Shown piece by piece: positions 36,665 to 47,654 of a stretch of 64,000 nt of DNA; within the stretch, counting starts at the first letter, position 1, and each line of letters starts with the position of its first letter. The position numbers were made by a program, and so were the translations under genes. A model generated the notes under the pieces. The model was not told the DNA's origin and ran no database searches. It worked only from the letters and a program-made list of their open reading frames with translations. The DNA is from Malacoraja senta (Eukaryota): the NCBI GenBank assembly GCA_038087875.1, contig CM075993.1, forward strand, positions 11,286,001 to 11,350,000, written 5' to 3'.

Positions 36665-37442
36665 GTCATAGAGTGGAAATAGGCCGCTCAGCCCAACTTG
36701 CCAACAATGTCCCAGCTATACTAGTCCCACCTCCCTGCGCTTGGTCCATATCCCTCCAAACGTGTCCTATCCATGTACATGTCCAACTGTTTCTTAAACG
36801 TTGGGATAGTCCCAGCCTCAACTACCTCCTCTGGCAGCTTGTTCCATACACCCACCACCCTTTGTGTGAAAAAGTTACGCCTCAGATTCCTATTAAATCT
36901 TTTTCCGTTCACCCTAAACCTATGTCCTCTGGTCCTCGATTCATCTACTCTGGGCAAGCGATTCTGTGCATCTACCCGATCTATTCATGTCATGATTTTA
37001 TACACCTCTATAAGATCATCCCTCATCCTCCTGCGCTCCAAGGAATAGAGTCCCAGCCTCAACCTCTCCCTATAGCTCAGACCCTCTAGTCCTGGCAACA
37101 TCCTTGTACATTTTCTCTGTACCCTTTCCAGCTTGACGACATCTTTCCTATAACATGGTGCCCTGAAGTGAACACAACACTCTAAATGCGGCCTCACTAA
37201 CATCTTGTACAACTGCAACATGACCTCCCAACTAAACTCAATATTCCGACTGATGAAGCCCAATGTGCCAAATGCCTTGTTGACCACCCTATCTACCTGC
37301 CACTCGACCTTCAAGGAACCATGCACCTGTACTCCTAGATCCCTCTGCTCCACAACACTACCCAGAGACCTACCATTCACTGTGTAAGTCCTGCCCTTGT
37401 TAGCATTTCCAAAGTGCAACACCTCACATTTCTCTGTATTAA
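36665..37442 (-). mobile_element. CR1 LINE ORF2 3' fragment
   Basis: ORFs 36985-37422 (LHFG...RDLGVQVHGSLK...LVRPHLECCVHF) and 36721-36957. Confidence 0.92.
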
Positions 37443-38055
37443 ATTTAATGAATGAATAAGTTTATTGGCCAAGTATTCACATACAAGGAATTTGCTTTGG
37501 TGCTCCACCCGCAAGAGACAACGACATAAAGTGACAGTTAAGAATGACACATAAAACATAAAACGTTAATAATAAAACATTATTGATTAAACATGTGAAT
37601 TAAATAAAATACCAGAGCAAAAGGAGGCTACAGATTTTTGGTTATTGAGTAGAGCTGCTACTCGTGGAAAAAAGCTGTTTTTACATCAACCATTCCTCAG
37701 GCCACCTGGCCAATCGATCAAGATCTTTTACAACTATCTGAAAAGCATCCATTTTTGTATCGATATAGCTTGTGCAGAAGCATTAAAGTTGATGCCTAGA
37801 TTACAGAATGCAGGAAGTGCCAGCACAAGCTCAGACCCATCCCTGTATAGTGAGAAGAAGGGGAAGTGTGAATCAGATTGCCTACATACTGAGAGGAAGG
37901 CAGGAATCATTCAATTGCTCAGTTTCTCATCCATCGTTCATTTACAAATACCTGAACACTTCAGGGTGGCACAGCTGGTAGAGCTGCTACCTCGCAGCGC
38001 CAGAGACCCGGGTTCAATCCTAACCTCGGGTGCTGTCTGTATGGAGTTTGCACGT

Positions 38056-38236
38056 GTAGGAAGGAACTGCAGATGCTGGTTTAATCCGAAGATAGACACA
38101 AAATGCTGGGGTAGCTCAGGCAGCATCTCTGGAGAGAAGGAATGGGTGACGTTTCGGGTCTGAAGAAGGGTCTCGACCCGAAATGTCACCCGATGCTGCC
38201 TATCCCGCTGAGTTACTCCAGCATTTTGTGTCTATC
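38056..38236. mobile_element. Palindromic hammerhead-repeat unit inserted into an HE1 SINE, with a 14-bp TSD
   Basis: Flanked by TGGAGTTTGCACGT (38042-38055) and TGGAGTTTGCATGT (38237-38250). Confidence 0.8.
38154..38193 (+). ncRNA. Minimal type I hammerhead ribozyme motif (best-paired copy)
   Basis: Stem I UCGGGU/ACCCGA, CUGAAGA(A), stem II GGGU-CUCG-ACCC, GAAA, and a GUC cleavage triplet; stem III is vestigial. Confidence 0.65.
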
Positions 38237-40265
38237 TGGAGTTTGCATGTTCTCCCTGTGACTGCGTGGGTCTCCTCCTGGTCCTCCTCATTCTTCCCGC
38301 AACCCAAGGATGTATAGGTTTCTTCAGGGATTCTGCCCGACCCTGTTACTCCAGCACTTTGTGTCTTTCTTTACGAAACCGACATCTGCATTTCCTTTGA
38401 CTGCTCCACTGTGAAATCTCCTCAAGGTGTGCCTACTGTGAGAAGATCTCCTCCTCTCTCTGACATAGAGGTCCTGACCAGAAACATCACCCATCTACGT
38501 TCACCAGGGATGCTGCCGGACCCACTCAGCTACTCCAGTGCTTTGTGTTTTTTTCTCTGGGTTTGTAGGCTAATTGACCTCTGGAAAATTTGCCCCTAGT
38601 GTGCGGGGAGTGGATGAGAAAGTTTGATAAACAGAACTAGTGGAACTGGGTGATTGATGGTTGGCATCGACAGGTGGGCCGAAGGGACTGTTTCCATGTT
38701 GTATCGAAACTAAGGTGGCACGGTGGCGCAGCGGTAGAGTTGCTGCCTTACAGCTCCAAAGACCCGGGTTCGATCCTGACTACGGGTGCTGTCTGTGCGG
38801 AGTTTGCACGTTCTCCCCGTGACCGCGTCGGTTTTCTCCGAGATCTTCGGTTTCCTCCCACACTCCAAAGACGTGCGGGTTAATTGGCTTGGTATAATTG
38901 GAACTTGTCCCTAGTGTGTGTGTGTGTGTGTGTAGGAGAGTGTTCGTGTGCGGGGGTCGCTGGTCGGCACGGACTTTGTGGGCCGAAGGGCCTGTTTTTT
39001 GCCCTGTATCTCTAAACCAAACTGAACTAAACTAAATTAAACCCTGCCGTTGAAAACACAATAATTGAGCCACTTCGAGTGCTGATATTGCAAGCTTTCT
39101 TGTAACACTAGGCGTGACTTTGGCTGGGGTTCCTGGCAGATTACGGATCGGACTGTCACGGGCTTCTCCAGAGCCACGTTGGGCGGGCCAGATCCTTGGT
39201 GTGTTGGGCTCTGTGTTTCCTCATGAGCTCTGTGTCGGCATTAGTTGAGGTTTTCAGCCCGAGGGTTGCCATGGTTTCTGAGACGTCGAGCCCACATGCA
39301 CATTCCATTCCGTGTGTGTAACGGGGTGTGTTTGCCAACTGGTTGAACTTCTGCAAGTTTTAAACTGTTTGCCTGCTCTCTGTATCACACCAGCCCCTCG
39401 AACCCTGTTCAGAAAGGGGTTCCACTAACCCAATGCTTCTACAAGTTTAGTTTAGTTTAGAGATATACGGTGTGGAAACAGGCCCTTCAGCCCACTGTGT
39501 TCAGCAGTCACTATGGTTCACTGTCAATAGACACAATGCTGGAGTAACTCAGCGGGACAGGCAGCATCAGGAATGGGCGACGTTTCGGGTTGAGACCCTT
39601 CTTCAGACTGGTTAACTATCCTACACACACACTTGGGACAATTTACAGAAGCCATTTAATCTGTACATCTTTGGAAAGTGGGAGGAAACCGGAGCCCCCG
39701 GAGGAACCGAATAGTGAAAGGCTTGGATAGAGTGGATGTGGAGAGGATGTTTCCACTAGTTGGAGAGTCTAGGACTGGAGGTCACAGCCTCAGAATTAAA
39801 GAATGTTCCTTTACGATGAGGAGGAATTTCTTTAGTCAGAGGGTGGTGAATCCGTGGAATTCTTTGCCACAGAAGGCTGTGGAGGCCAAGTCAATGGGTA
39901 TTTTTAAGGCAGAGATAGATAGATTCTTGATTAGTATGTGTGTCAAGGGTTATGGAGAGAAGGCAGGAGAATGGGGTTAGGAGGGGGAGATAGATCAGCA
40001 ATGATTGGATGGCTGAGCAGACATGACGGGCCGAATTACCTAATTCTGCCTTAATCACATGACTTTATGTAACGCACAGGGTCGCAGGGAGAATGTGCAA
40101 ACTCTGTACGGACAGCTCCCGTAGCCAGGATCGAACCGGGGTCTCTCGCGCTGTAAGGCATTAACTCTGCTGCTGTGTCACCGTGCAGCCCCCTCCCCCA
40201 GCCTCGCCAACATTGCCACTGGGTCTCCCCTCGTCTGCTTATCTAGCTCTGCTGTCTCACACAAG

Positions 40266-40590
40266 GGCGGCACGGTGGCGCAGCGGTAGAGTTGCTGCCT
40301 TACAGCGCTTGCAACGTCAGAGACTCGGGTTCGATCCCGACTACGGGTGCTGTCTGTACGGAGTTTGTACGTTCTCCCCGTGACCGCGTGGGTTTTCTCC
40401 GAGATCTTCGGTCTCCTCCCACACTCCAAAGACGTGCAGGTTTGTCGGTTAATTGGCTTCATATGTGCAAATAAGTGTCCCTGATATATGTGTGTGTAGG
40501 ATAGTGTTAAAGTGTGGGGATCGCTGGCCGGTGTTGTCTCAGTGGGCCGAAGGGCCAGCTCCCAAGCTGTATCTCTACATTAAACTAAAC
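40266..40590 (+). mobile_element. HE1 V-SINE, full length
   Basis: GGGCGGCACGGTGGCGCAGCGG head through the TAAAC tail. Confidence 0.9.
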
Positions 40591-40596
40591 GACAGG

Positions 40597-40624
40597 CTGA
40601 AGAAGGGTCTCGACCCGAAACGTC
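40597..40624 (+). ncRNA. Consensus hammerhead core CTGAAGAAGGGTCTCGACCCGAAACGTC (repeat continues to ~40725)
   Basis: All core nucleotides are present, with the self-complementary ACGT stem III. Local stem I pairing is poor. Confidence 0.6.
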
Positions 40625-41072
40625 ACCCATTCCTTCTCTCCAGAGATACTGCCTGACCCGCTGAGTTACTCCTGCTTTTTGTGTCTATCTTTGGTTTAAT
40701 CCAGCATCTGCAGCTTTTTCCTACAGTCAGCACTAGTTTGGCCAACGTGCCTTGATTTCGAAATGAACAGCTCAGCATCCTGTCCACTGTGGACGCAGCG
40801 ACTATGATTCATTCGTTCCGCACTCGTTTCTCTGCGAGAGAGGGAGTAATGCTTGGCTGCCAGCTGCGGCTCGCTAGCCCAGCCCGCCTCTAATAACAGG
40901 GGCGAGGAAGGCCAATGATTCATCAGTGTTGGGACCAAGCACACACAGGCAGAGACTTCTGTCCTCGCTGCTCCGAATAATGTTTCCTCTCCTGCCTTGT
41001 CGGACCCAATGATGGCATTCGTTTCATATTTGATTTTCTTTTCTTTTTGCCCCAGTTTGTTCCTGAATCAAA

Positions 41073-41123
41073 ATGGCCAATATCCACGAGTTATTGTTGG
41101 ACGTATGCCTGGGCGGCGATGAG
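41073..41123 (+). CDS. ANXA2: Annexin A2, first coding exon (exon starts 41056)
   Basis: Acceptor TTTTTGCCCCAG, Kozak-like AAAATGG, MANIHELLLDVCLGGDE versus human [16 protein letters not shown], donor GAG|GTGCGT. Confidence 0.88.
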
Positions 41124-41174
41124 GTGCGTATTCAACTGGGCTGGGATTCTCACCAAGATTCACAGCAAGGATTA

Positions 41175-41492
41175 TGGGTTGGGGCAAGGAACTTGGGTTG
41201 GGGCAAGGAACTTGGGTTGGGGCAAGGAACTTGGGTTGGGGCAAGGAACTTGGGTTGGGGCAAGGAACTTGGGTTGGGGCAAGGAACTTGGGTTGGGGCA
41301 AGGAACGTGGGTTGGGGCAAGGAACGTGGGTTGGGGCAAGGAACGTGGGTTGGGGCAAGGAACGTGGGTTGGGGCAAGGAACGTGGGTTGGGGCAAGGAA
41401 CGTGGGTTGGGGCAAGGAACGTGGGTTGGGGCAAGGAACGTGGGTTGGGGCAAGGAACGTGGGTTGGGGCAAGGAACGTGGGTTGGGGCAAG
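41175..41492 (+). repeat. 19-bp G-rich minisatellite, ~16.7 copies
   Basis: TGGGTTGGGGCAAGGAAC(T/G): 6 T-type units then 10 G-type units; degenerate copies continue to ~41720. Confidence 0.97.
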
Positions 41493-44400
41493 TTCTTTGA
41501 GTTGGGGCATGGGTTGGGCCACGGGCCTTTGGGAGGGGCATAGACCTTGGGTTGGGGTATTGACTGTGTTGGGGCAATGAACTTGGGTTGGAGCATTGAC
41601 TTTGTGTTTGGGCAAAGATCATGTTGGGGCCAGGGCTTTGGATCAGGGCATCAACCTTGGGTTGGGGAAGGACTTTGGGTTGGGGCCTGGACTTTGGGTT
41701 GGGGCCTGGGCTTTGGGTTGAGGTGGGCCCTGTTCTCTGGCGTTCGATGGAGTTTATGGCTGGGCTTTGTTGATGGAGCTTTGATCTGGGGACAAGGCTG
41801 TGGTGTCTGAGCCAGACTTGGGTTCTGAGCCGCCAGTGTGCCTTTGGGCGATGGATGTAACCTCTATTCGACGTGGTGTCGCTGTGATCCCAGTGTGGCG
41901 TGGGTTCCCCCTGGGCAAGGCTTTAGCCTCTGGTTACGAGTGGCAGGGGCTGAATGATCCTGCCACTCGTAAGGTTACATGCCCAGGCGAGTGCCCCACG
42001 CTGTATAACTCTCTAAAACCCAACACCTCCGTGCAAACTCCTGGCCCTGGACGCAACGCTGGGCCTGAAGCCTGGCGGGGGTCAAAGTTCATGGGTCAAA
42101 GTGAAGCCTTGGCCAAGGGACAGAGGTCCGGGATCTGGGTGAACACGGTGGCAGTGTCGCAGCGGTAGAGTTACTGCCTTACAGCGGCAAAGACCTGGTT
42201 TGATCCTGACTAAGGGTGCTGTCTGTGTGGAGTTAGCACGTCTCCCTGTGACCATGTGGGTTTTCTACGGTTAATCTAGTTCTCAAATATATGTAACATA
42301 ATCCTCGATAATCACAAAATATAGTTCTCAACATTGTAGCGCATCAGTTCCATAGACAAAGTCCAATGTCCGCAATGGGGTAGAGGTGAATCGGACAGTA
42401 CCCTCGCTAATGGAAGGGCCGTTCATGAGCCCGATAACAGTGGGGAATAACCCGAGTGTTACCTTCTGCCAAACAAGAGCAGTAAGAAGCAGGAATGACT
42501 GGGGTGCGACAAGTCTTTGATTATAAGTAGTGAGGCACGGTAGAGTTGCTGCCTCGCAGCACCATAGACCCGGGTTCGATCCCGACGTCGGTTGCTGTCT
42601 GTACGGAGTTTGTATGTTTTCCCTGTGACCTGGGTGGGTTTTCTCTGGGTGTTTCGGTTTCCTCCCACACTCCAAAGACGTGCGGGTTTGTAGCTTTGGT
42701 GAAGTTGTAAATTGTCCCCAGTGTGTAGAATAGTGTTGGTGTATGGGGATCGCTGGTTGGCGTGGACACGGTGGGCAAACAGGCCTGTTTACGTACTGTA
42801 TCTCTGAACTAAACCTTTAAGGCATGACATCTCTTGGCTCCTTCTCTGAATCTTGTCGCATGCACCAAGATCATGTCTGCAATGAGGTGCCCACAATATT
42901 GGGCCCAGGCACTGTGTACTTTCAGCTGGCTCTCCTCCTCTACAAACCATTAACTGTTGAACAGTGCTGTGCTTGCTGCCATGCCAATCCTACAAGCAGT
43001 TGCCTTCCTCCAGAAACGGGAATAGTTTAAGACAAACAAGTTTACATCATGTCCACCATTGCCTGGTGCTCCAGTTTCAAATAACATAACACAAGTTCCA
43101 GGAACAGAATTAGGCCATTCGGCCCATCAAGTCGACTCCACCATTCAATCATGGCTGATCTACCTTTCCTCTTAACCCCATTCTCCTGCCTTCTCCCCAT
43201 AATCCCTGACACCCCTGTACTAATCACAAATCTGCCAATCTCTGCCTTAAACATATCCCTCGACTAAGCCTCCACAGCCAGTTATGTGGCAATGAATTCC
43301 ACAGATTCACCACCCGCTGCCTAAAGAAATTCCTCCTCACCTCTAAAGGTGAGGCTCTGGCCTCTGACCATTTGTGGAAACATCATCTCCACAGCCACTC
43401 TATCCTGGCCTTTCACTGTTTAAGTTTCAATGAGGTGCCCACTCATCCTTCTAAATCTCCTTTGAGCCTACATTTGAAGTTCCATCACTGTCCTTTCAAA
43501 GGTAGACACAAAATGCTGGAGTAACTCAGCGGGACGTGCAACATCTCTGGAGAGATGGGATAGGTGATGTTTCGGGTCGAGACCCTTCTTCAGACGGTCA
43601 AACCCTCTCCCCACATCCTATAGACACCTCGCACCTTTCTGCTAGTTTGTAACTGGTAAAGCCCCTCTCAATCACACACAATATATAAATACTCCTCACT
43701 TCACCCAAAACCATTTAAGGTGGTGCAGCGGTGGAGTTGCTGCCTCACAGCGCCAGAGACCCAGGTTCGATCCTGACTACAGGTGCTGCCATTAATGTGC
43801 AGGATAGTGCTAGTGTGTGGGGATCGCTGGTCAGCATGGACTCAGTGAGCCAATGGGCCTGTTTCTGCACTGTAATGTCATAATGTCCCCATAGTGTTTA
43901 TAGCTCGGAGGTTGTAGTGTTTGATAGCCTGATGTTTGAAGGGAAGAAGCTGTTCCTGAACCTGGACGTTACAGCTGTCGGGCTCCTGTACCTTCTCCCT
44001 GATGGCAGGGGTGAAATGAACGTGTGGCCAGGGTGGTGATGGAACATCGAACAGCACAGCAACAGGCCCTTCGGCCCACAATGTCCGTGCTGAACATAAT
44101 GCCCCTCAACTTGGAACTGTGAGCCTTGATCTTCTGACCTATGGAACCGGAATTACGTTCTAGGAGTAGAATTAGGCCATTCGGCCCATCGAGTCTACTC
44201 CGCCATTCAACCACGGCTGATCTCTGGCTCCTAATCCCATTTTCCTGCCTTCTCCCCATAACCCTCGACACCCGTTCTAATCAAGAATTTGTCTATCACT
44301 GCCTTAATGTTCACTGACGGCCTCCACAATGGGTTCCACAGATTAACTACGCTCTGACTAATGAATTCCTGAGCTTGTTTTCTCTGAGAGTTGGCTGGGT

Positions 44401-44725
44401 TCAGTTTAGTCACCCTGCAGACTCACACCGCCTTTGTTTGCCTGTTGTTTTTGGAACGGCTTCAATCACCTGCCCGCCCTGGGAGTGATGATGATAAGGA
44501 ATTTCCTGCTGGAGACCGCACACACAATGCACAAACACCCCAGGCCCGTCACCCGCCCCTCCCTCACCGTCCCCTCCAGCACTTCTCAATTTGTTTCTCA
44601 GTGCAGACTCAATGGGCCGAAGGGCCTGTCTTTCAGTCTGAAGAAGGGTTGTGGCCAAAGGGCCTGCTTCCATGCTGAATCTTGCAATTACTCGTTGGAC
44701 GAGAACATCTCGCTGGAAGACAGAT

Positions 44726-45033
44726 TTTAGTTTAGTTAAGAGATACAGCGCGGAAACAGGCCCTTCAGCCCACCGGGTCCGTGCCGACCAGCGATCCCCG
44801 CACACTAACACTATCCTACACACACTAGGGGCAATTTTTACATTTACCAAGTCAATTAACCTACAAAACATATACGTCTTTGGAGTGTGGGAGGAAACCG
44901 AAGATCTCGGAGAAAACCCAAATGGCACGGGGGGAACGTACAAACTCCGTACAGACAGCACCTGCAGTCGGGATGGAACCCGGGTCTGTGGCGCTGTGAG
45001 GCAGCAACTCTACCACTGCACCACCGTGCTGCC
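44726..45033 (-). mobile_element. HE1 V-SINE, full length
   Basis: Reverse complement of the SINE consensus. Confidence 0.9.
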
Positions 45034-46098
45034 CACTGATCTGAGCTCAGCGCTGACCTCTCTTTCACTGACACGTTATGCTGTTATTTTCACTGTTAAG
45101 AGGTCCCAGGACTGAGCGGGTGGGACTGTTACCCACCACACACACACATCAATACTCAATCAGTCTTTGTTCTCCGCATCACACCCCTTCCTTACTTTAG
45201 CCTAGGTGTTTAGTTTAGTTGAGAGATACAGCGCGGAAACAGGCTCTTCAGCCCAGAGTCCGCGCCGACCAGCGATCCCCGCATATTAACACAATCCTAC
45301 AGGCCGATGATCACCAGTCACAGTGAAATACAGTTTGCACAAACAGCTCGGCAAGAGGGCAGTGTGTACAGAGCAGCCTGGGGGAGGGGGAGATCAGGAG
45401 GTGAGAAAAGACCAAAACTAATTGGGGCTGGATTTCTGTTCTGGCCTTTTCTCATCAGTAACCCTCCCTTTCAGTCTGAAGAAGGGCTGTGTCCCGAAAC
45501 ACCACCTATTCCTTCTCTCCAGAGATGCTGCCTGACCCGCTGAGCTACTCCAGCACTTTGTGTCTATTTTCAGTATAAACAGGCATCTGCAGTTCCTTCC
45601 TACACATTGAATATATGTCGGGACTGTCATGATGCAGCTCTTGTTTAGGCTGCATTTGGAGTATTTCGTGTAGTTGAGGTGGGTCTGACTAGTATGGGTG
45701 TCAGGGGCTGTGGGGAGAAGGCAGGAGAATGGGGTTAAGAAGGAAAGATGGATCAGCCATGATTGAAGGGCGGAGTAGACTTGATGGGCTGAATGGCCTA
45801 ATTCTACTCCTAGAACTTGTGAACATGGACTTATGGAAGTGGGTTAGGGTTAGGTTCAGTCATGTGGACATCCCCCAGGTTGCTATAGGTGGCCCACCCA
45901 AGGGTGCTGGGGGCTTGTGTTTGTCCTCAGTACGGTGGGATCTCACTGTGCCAAATGGGATGAGATCCCCCTTAACCCTGGGGCAAAGCTGCATGATGGG
46001 GTGGGGTCCCCCACTGGCCCATTGAGGGAGGGGGAGGAGGAGGGGTGAGACCCCCGAGGCTGGTTGGGTGGAGATGAACCCCTTACTTTCCCTTTCAG

Positions 46099-46186
46099 AT
46101 TTCCTCTGGAGCCACAGTGAAGCCCTACCCAAACTTCAACGCTGACGATGATGCTGCCATATTGGTGCGCGCCGTGGAAACCAAAG
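46099..46186 (+). CDS. ANXA2: Annexin A2 coding exon 2 (88 nt)
   Basis: TTTCAG|ISSGATVKPYPNFNADDDAAILVRAVETK-G|GTAAG; phase 0 to 1. Confidence 0.93.
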
Positions 46187-46194
46187 GTAAGCTG

Positions 46195-46228
<34 letters not shown>

Positions 46229-46304
46229 CGAGACATGGGCTAGGGACCCTCAGCCACAGGCTGCTCCCACTCACTCCCTGGAGATCTATTAGATACCGTC
46301 GGTC

Positions 46305-46792
46305 CCGGTCATCCCAACATTCCCAATCAACCCCAACATTCGCAATCAACCCTAACATTCCTAGCTGATCGATCCCAACATTCCCAATCAACCCCAGCTA
46401 ATCTCGACATTCCCAATCGACCCCAATGTTCTCAGCTGACTGCCACATTCCTCATTGATCCCAACATTCCCAGTTGATCCCAACATTCCCAGTTGATCCC
46501 AACATTCCCAATTGATCCCAACATTCCTAATTGACCCCAATGTTCAGCTGATCACCATGTCCCCATTCGATCCCAACATTCCCAATCGATCCCAGCATTC
46601 CCAGTTGATCCCAACATTCCTAATGGACCCCAATGTTCTAACCTGATCGCCACATTCCTCATTTATCCCAATTATCCCAATCGATCCCAACATTCCCAAT
46701 CAATTCCAACATTCCTAATTGATCCCAATGTTCACAGCTGATCGCCACATTCCTGGCCAATCTTCACAATCCCAGCCGATCCAGGCATTCCT
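46305..46792 (+). repeat. Degenerate ~19-bp C-rich minisatellite
   Basis: Unit approximately TGATCCCAACATTCCCA(G/A)T. Confidence 0.9.
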
Positions 46793-47009
46793 TGTAGGCT
46801 AATTGGCTTGGTATAAATGTATGTAAATTGTCCCCAGTGTGTGTAGGATAGTGTTAGTGTGCGGGGATCGCTGGTCGGTGCGGGCCCGATGGGCTGAAGG
46901 GCCTCTTTCCGTGCTGTATCTCTAAACTAAACTAAAAACTAAAGGGAGGTTTAGCCGTGTGTTGGTCGGTCGGTGCTGGGCTGGAGGGGTAACACTGTCC
47001 TTGCTGCAG

Positions 47010-47104
47010 GCGTGGACGAGCACACCATCATCGACATAATGACCCGCAGAAGCAACGCTCAGAGACAGGACATCGCATTCGCCTTCCAACGGAGGACAAA
47101 GAAG
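47010..47104 (+). CDS. ANXA2: Annexin A2 coding exon 3 (95 nt)
   Basis: [32 protein letters not shown] versus human [36 protein letters not shown] boundaries. Confidence 0.97.
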
Positions 47105-47115
47105 GTGAGTAAACA

Positions 47116-47266
47116 CTGTCTGTCTCTGTCTGTCTCTGTCTGTCTCTGTCTGTCTCTGTCTGTCTCTGTCTGTCTCTGTCTGTCTCTGTCTGTCTCTGTC
47201 TGTCTCTGTCTGTCTCTGTCTGTCTCTGTCTGTCTCTGTCTGTCTCTGTCTGTCTCTGTCTGTCTC
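47116..47266 (+). repeat. (CTGTCTGTCT)n 10-bp satellite
   Basis: About 15 perfect units starting 12 nt after the donor. Confidence 0.95.
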
Positions 47267-47501
47267 CCACTCCCCCCCCCCCCCCACCCCCCAACAACCT
47301 GAGCCACCATCTCTCCATATTGTCCACATTGACCACAGCTGCCTGGTATCCTCTGTAGCCAATCAAGGAGGTACTGAGCCCACCCCAGGGTGCAGTAGCC
47401 CACACCCCAGGGTGCTGGAGCTCTCACTGGGGGGTGGGGGGGGGGGAATCCTTGGGGCCGTGGGCTGGAGGTGACCACTTCTGCCTTGTGTTTCTCTGCA
47501 G

Positions 47502-47615
47502 CCGATGGAGGATGTGATGAACTGTTCCTTGAAGGAGCCTCTGAAGTCGGCCATCCTGGGGCTGATGAAGCCCCCAGCCAAGTACGATGCTCAGGAGCTG
47601 AAGAAAGCCGTCAAG
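47502..47615 (+). CDS. ANXA2: Annexin A2 coding exon 4 (114 nt)
   Basis: PMEDVMNCSLKEPLKSAILGLMKPPAKYDAQELKKAVK; CTGCAG|...|GTGAG. Confidence 0.95.
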
Positions 47616-47654
47616 GTGAGCACGTCACCGCCATGACCCACAACTAGAGGGTGT

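Noticed and set aside
41047..41622. Six overlapping ORFs of 108-184 aa
   Set aside because: Produced by a stop-free 19-bp minisatellite; only 41073-41123 is a real exon.
46099..47104. ANXA1 as the annexin identity (VKPYPNFN and GVDE.TIIDI look ANXA1-like)
   Set aside because: The short N-terminus, RQDIAFA.QRRTKK, KWISI.TER..PHLQ, the exon sizes and ICE2/RORA linkage favour ANXA2; a phylogeny would settle it.
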